From positions 248,001 through 312,000 of the forward strand of contig NIVC01000104.1 of assembly GCA_002269645.1 (NCBI GenBank): a DNA stretch of 64,000 bases, given 5' to 3'. The position numbers were made by a program, and so were the translations under genes. This DNA comes from Macrostomum lignano (Eukaryota). Positions 60,575 through 64,000 of this stretch are shown here, in pieces (within the stretch, counting starts at the first letter, position 1; each line of letters opens with the position of its first letter). The notes below the pieces were generated by a model, which worked only from the letters and a program-made list of their open reading frames with translations, ran no database searches and was not told the origin of the DNA.

Positions 60575-61110
60575 GACATTGAGAGTGAAACTGAGAGTGA
60601 CATTGAGAGTGACATTAAGAGTAAAATTAAAATTGACATTTAGAGTGAGATTCAGAATGAGGGTGAGCGTGACATTGCGACTGACTTTGTAAGTGAATTG
60701 AGAGTGACATTGCGAGGGACATTAAAAGTGACATTGAGAGTGACATTGAGAGTGACATTGAGAGTGAAATTGAGAGTGACATTGAGAGTGACATTGAGAG
60801 TGACATTAAGAGTGACATTAAGAGTGACATTGAGAGTGTCATTAAAAGTGACATTGAGAGCGAAATTGATAGTGACATTGAGAGTGTCATTAAAAGTGAC
60901 ATTGAGAGTGTCATTAAAAGTGACATTGAGATTGAAATTGAGAGTGAAATTGAGATTGAAATTGAGAGTGACATTGAGAGTGACATTGAGAGTGACATTG
61001 AGAGTGAAATTAGGATTGAAATTGAGAGTGTCATTGAGACTGACATTAAGAGTGTCATTGAGAGTGTCATTGAGAGTGAAATTTAGTGACACTGAGAGAG
61101 ACATTGAGAG
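60575..61110. repeat. 12-bp minisatellite (GTGACATTGAGA)
   Basis: Tandem copies; stop-free in several frames (RVTL, NVTL, MSLS ORFs). Confidence 0.93.
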
Positions 61111-61624
61111 TGGCATCGAGAAAACTGAGAGAGGGGAGTAGAACGACAGACAGATGCAAATACTCATTGCCTTTTCGTTTTTCTAAATCGCAGCATCTTG
61201 AGCTTGAGTGCGAGTTCAGCTGTCAATCATGGACTACTCAAACACCATGTTTTGCCTAGTTTCACGTCCCGGTGTTTGAGTGGTAGTCCCTGCTGTCAAT
61301 CCAAACACTGGACATTAATATATGCAATTTTTGTAGGATTTTCTAAAGTTGTCATGGAAACTGAAAAAAATTTAAACTACTTCAGATGCAACCAAAATTA
61401 AACAAAATGTTGCTTTTTGCGTTCATTTTTAACAGCTGAACACGGTGTGCTTGTAAAGCATTTTAAATAAAATATATTTTTTAATCTAATCATTACTTTA
61501 CACCATATAAATATTTAGTAGTCATGAACTAGTGCGCAGAAGCTTTTGTTTAAATTCATTTTTGATGCCATGCAAGTACGAACTATATTACGTATTGGCT
61601 ATGATAACAAGCATTGTGCTGAGG

Positions 61625-62776
61625 TGAGGGGAGAGAAGGGGAGAGGAGAGGAGGGAGAAAAGAGGAGAGGAGGGAGGAGACAGAAGGGAGAAGAGAGGAG
61701 AGGGAGAAGAGAGGAGAGGGAGAAGAGAGGAGAGGAGGGAGAAGAGAGGAGAGGGAGAAGAGAGGAGAGGGAGAAGAGAGGAGAGGGAGAAGAGAGGAGA
61801 GGAGGGAGAAGAGAGGAGAGGGAGAAGAGAGGAGAGGGAGAAGAGAGGAGAGGGAGAAGAGAGGAGAGGGAGAAGAGAGGAGAGGGAGAGAAGAGGAGAG
61901 GGAGAAGAGAGGAGAGGGAGAAGAGAGGAGAGGGAGAGAAGAGAGGAGAGGGAGAGAAGAGGAGAGGGAGAAGAGAGGAGAGGAGGGAGAAAAGAGGAGA
62001 GGAGGGAGGAGACAGGAGGGAGAAGAGAGGAGAGGAGGGAGGAGACAGGAGAGGGAGAGAAGAGAGGAGAGGGAGAAGAGAGGAGAGGGAGAAGAGAGGA
62101 GAGGAGGGAGAAGAGAGGAGAGGGAGAAGAGAGGAGAGGGAGAAGAGAGGAGAGGGAGAAGAGAGGAGAGGGAGAAGAGAGGAGAGGGAGAAGAGAGGAG
62201 AGGGAGAAGAGAGGAGAGGAGGGAGAAGAGAGGAGAGGAGGGAGAAGAGAGGAGAGGGAGAAGAGAGGAGAGGGAGAAGAGAGGAGAGGGAGAAGAGAGG
62301 AGAGGGATAAGAGAGGAGAGGGAGAAGAGAGGAGAGGGAGAAGAGAGGAGAGGGAGAAGAGAGGAGAGGAGGGAGAAGAGAGGAGAGGGAGAAGAGAGGA
62401 GAGGGAGAAGAGAGGAGAGGGAGAAGAGAGGAGAGGGAGAAGAGAGGAGAGGGAGAAGAGAGGAGAGGGATAAGAGAGGAGAGGGAGAAGAGAGGAGAGG
62501 GAGAAGAGAGGAGAGGGAGAAGAGAGGAGAGGGAGAAGAGAGGAGAGGGAGAAGAGAGGAGAGGGAGAAGAGAGGAGAGGGAGAAGAGAGGAGAGGGAGA
62601 AGAGAGGAGAGGGAGAAGAGAGGAGAGGGAGAAGAGAGGAGAGGGAGAAGAGAGGAGAGGGAGAAGAGAGGAGAGGGAGAAGAGAGGAGAGGGAGAAGAG
62701 AGGAGAGGGAGAAGAGAGGAGAGGAGGGAGAAGAGAGGAGAGGAGGGAGAAGAGAGGAGAGGGAGAAGAGAGGAGC
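61625..62776. repeat. Polypurine 16-bp array (GAGAGGAGAGGGAGAA)
   Basis: About 1.15 kb almost exclusively G/A on the plus strand. Confidence 0.97.
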
Positions 62777-64000
62777 TGCATGACAGACACAGGAGCCGGT
62801 GCAGACGTGCGAAAGATGCTAGCTGACGCTCAGAGCGCAAAACAGTCTCAAGGAGTCTCGGCGAAGATCGTTTCTTGTCACGGGCTCTCGCCGCTTTCAG
62901 CCTCATCAAACGGGGAAATTTGGTTCCGTGTGGAAATCTGGAATGAAGGGGCGAAGTGATGGTTGCTTCATACATTGAACACTTTTCTCTATAGCCCGAA
63001 CTCATTTTATACAATTTTTTTAATAAACAAGAAAACGGCAGTGCTTCAAGGTTCAACTGGAAATTCCAGTCGCTTTGTCTGTTCAAAGTAAATCAATTGA
63101 AAAATCACTTTATACTACTTACAGGATTAGTAGAAAACTGAGGAAATGCTGAGTTAATTCAGAGTTGGCGTACCTTTTAACTGTCCAACACGATACTAGA
63201 AATTTGTATTTTAAAGCATTTGCAAAGCAGTTAGCCGAGTTATTAAGAATTGAAGCAATAAACAACATTTTGCTCTGATAGATGGTTAATCAAATCAATA
63301 CTGCCAACAGACAGAAGGGAAATGTTATACAGACTACTGCTGAGTAGAAATGTAAGCTAGAAAATTCCAGATAATTTGTTAAAATAAAAAATCAAATTGT
63401 AGACAACATTGTGATGGACCAATATTTTTACCCATAAGTAATGAGTAAAATGTTACGGCAGATATTCGTGCTCAAAGACACAACAACTACTGCTGCTAAT
63501 AGTTTGTTAGTAGTACATTTTGAATTTGTTGTTATTTTGTGCTCCATTTCTGCATGCATACAATTATGCAAAAAATTACTTTTAATTAATCGCTTGCTGC
63601 GTACGCTTGCTGCGGAGCCTTTGAGAACAAATGAACCTGAAACGCGGGGGCATATAAAAACGCATTGACAATGTCCGGTAAATACTACTCACTTCATAGA
63701 TTTGACGCTAAACAACTGAGCTGAGGCAGCGGTTACAGTTAAAAATTTTTTGTATTGAATGATAATAAATTTCAATCAATTATAAAATGCTCCTTCATCC
63801 AATAATAACTACGAGCGTAATTCTATAACTTATATGCAAAAGCTTATACCAAACTTATCAATAGCATTCTATCATATATTTGGGTCAAGATAAGTTCATA
63901 AAGTAAGGTTAAAAAGGTTAAATATTTTAGGAAAAACTAAGGACCTCTCACCTGGTATTGCAGATCCTTCTCGTCCATGAGCTTCTTCCGTCTTAAAGCC

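Noticed and set aside
62776-63086. Non-repetitive end of the 495-aa minus-strand ORF as a gene
   Set aside because: No recognisable domain or clear splice sites; ORF length comes from the polypyrimidine array.

Overview
Eukaryotic (metazoan) genomic DNA: GC-rich exons, GT-AG introns filled with unrelated minisatellites, and many transposon remnants. The style suggests a free-living flatworm such as Macrostomum lignano (inference, not verified). Genes reconstructed by hand from splice sites and reading phase: three paralogues encoding secreted signal peptide + PAN/apple + ALK/LTK-type glycine-rich proteins (partial at 1-482, 3613-7024 +, 55173-58342 -), an intronless UCP2/3-like uncoupling protein, a Pro-rich zinc-finger gene, a 10-exon CCDC171 orthologue, a NEK11-like predicted pseudokinase (HRD->HRN, DFG->DLC), a two-exon 124-aa secreted six-Cys orphan, and a 213-aa orphan with a PKI-like RRNAV motif. 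Mobile elements: an intact mariner (D,D34D, 44-bp TIRs), two decayed mariners, a CAAGGAC-terminated foldback MITE family with 8-bp TSDs, two CORE-like tRNA-SINEs, a 5'-truncated RNase H LINE inside a (GATA)n array, and a probable solo LTR. The solo LTR carries a dense immediate-early-gene-type enhancer (CArG/Ets, AP-1, MEF2, TATA) and lies antisense within an intron that appears to use a GC donor. No prokaryotic features or CRISPR arrays were seen. Repeat boundaries and copy counts are approximate, by eye.
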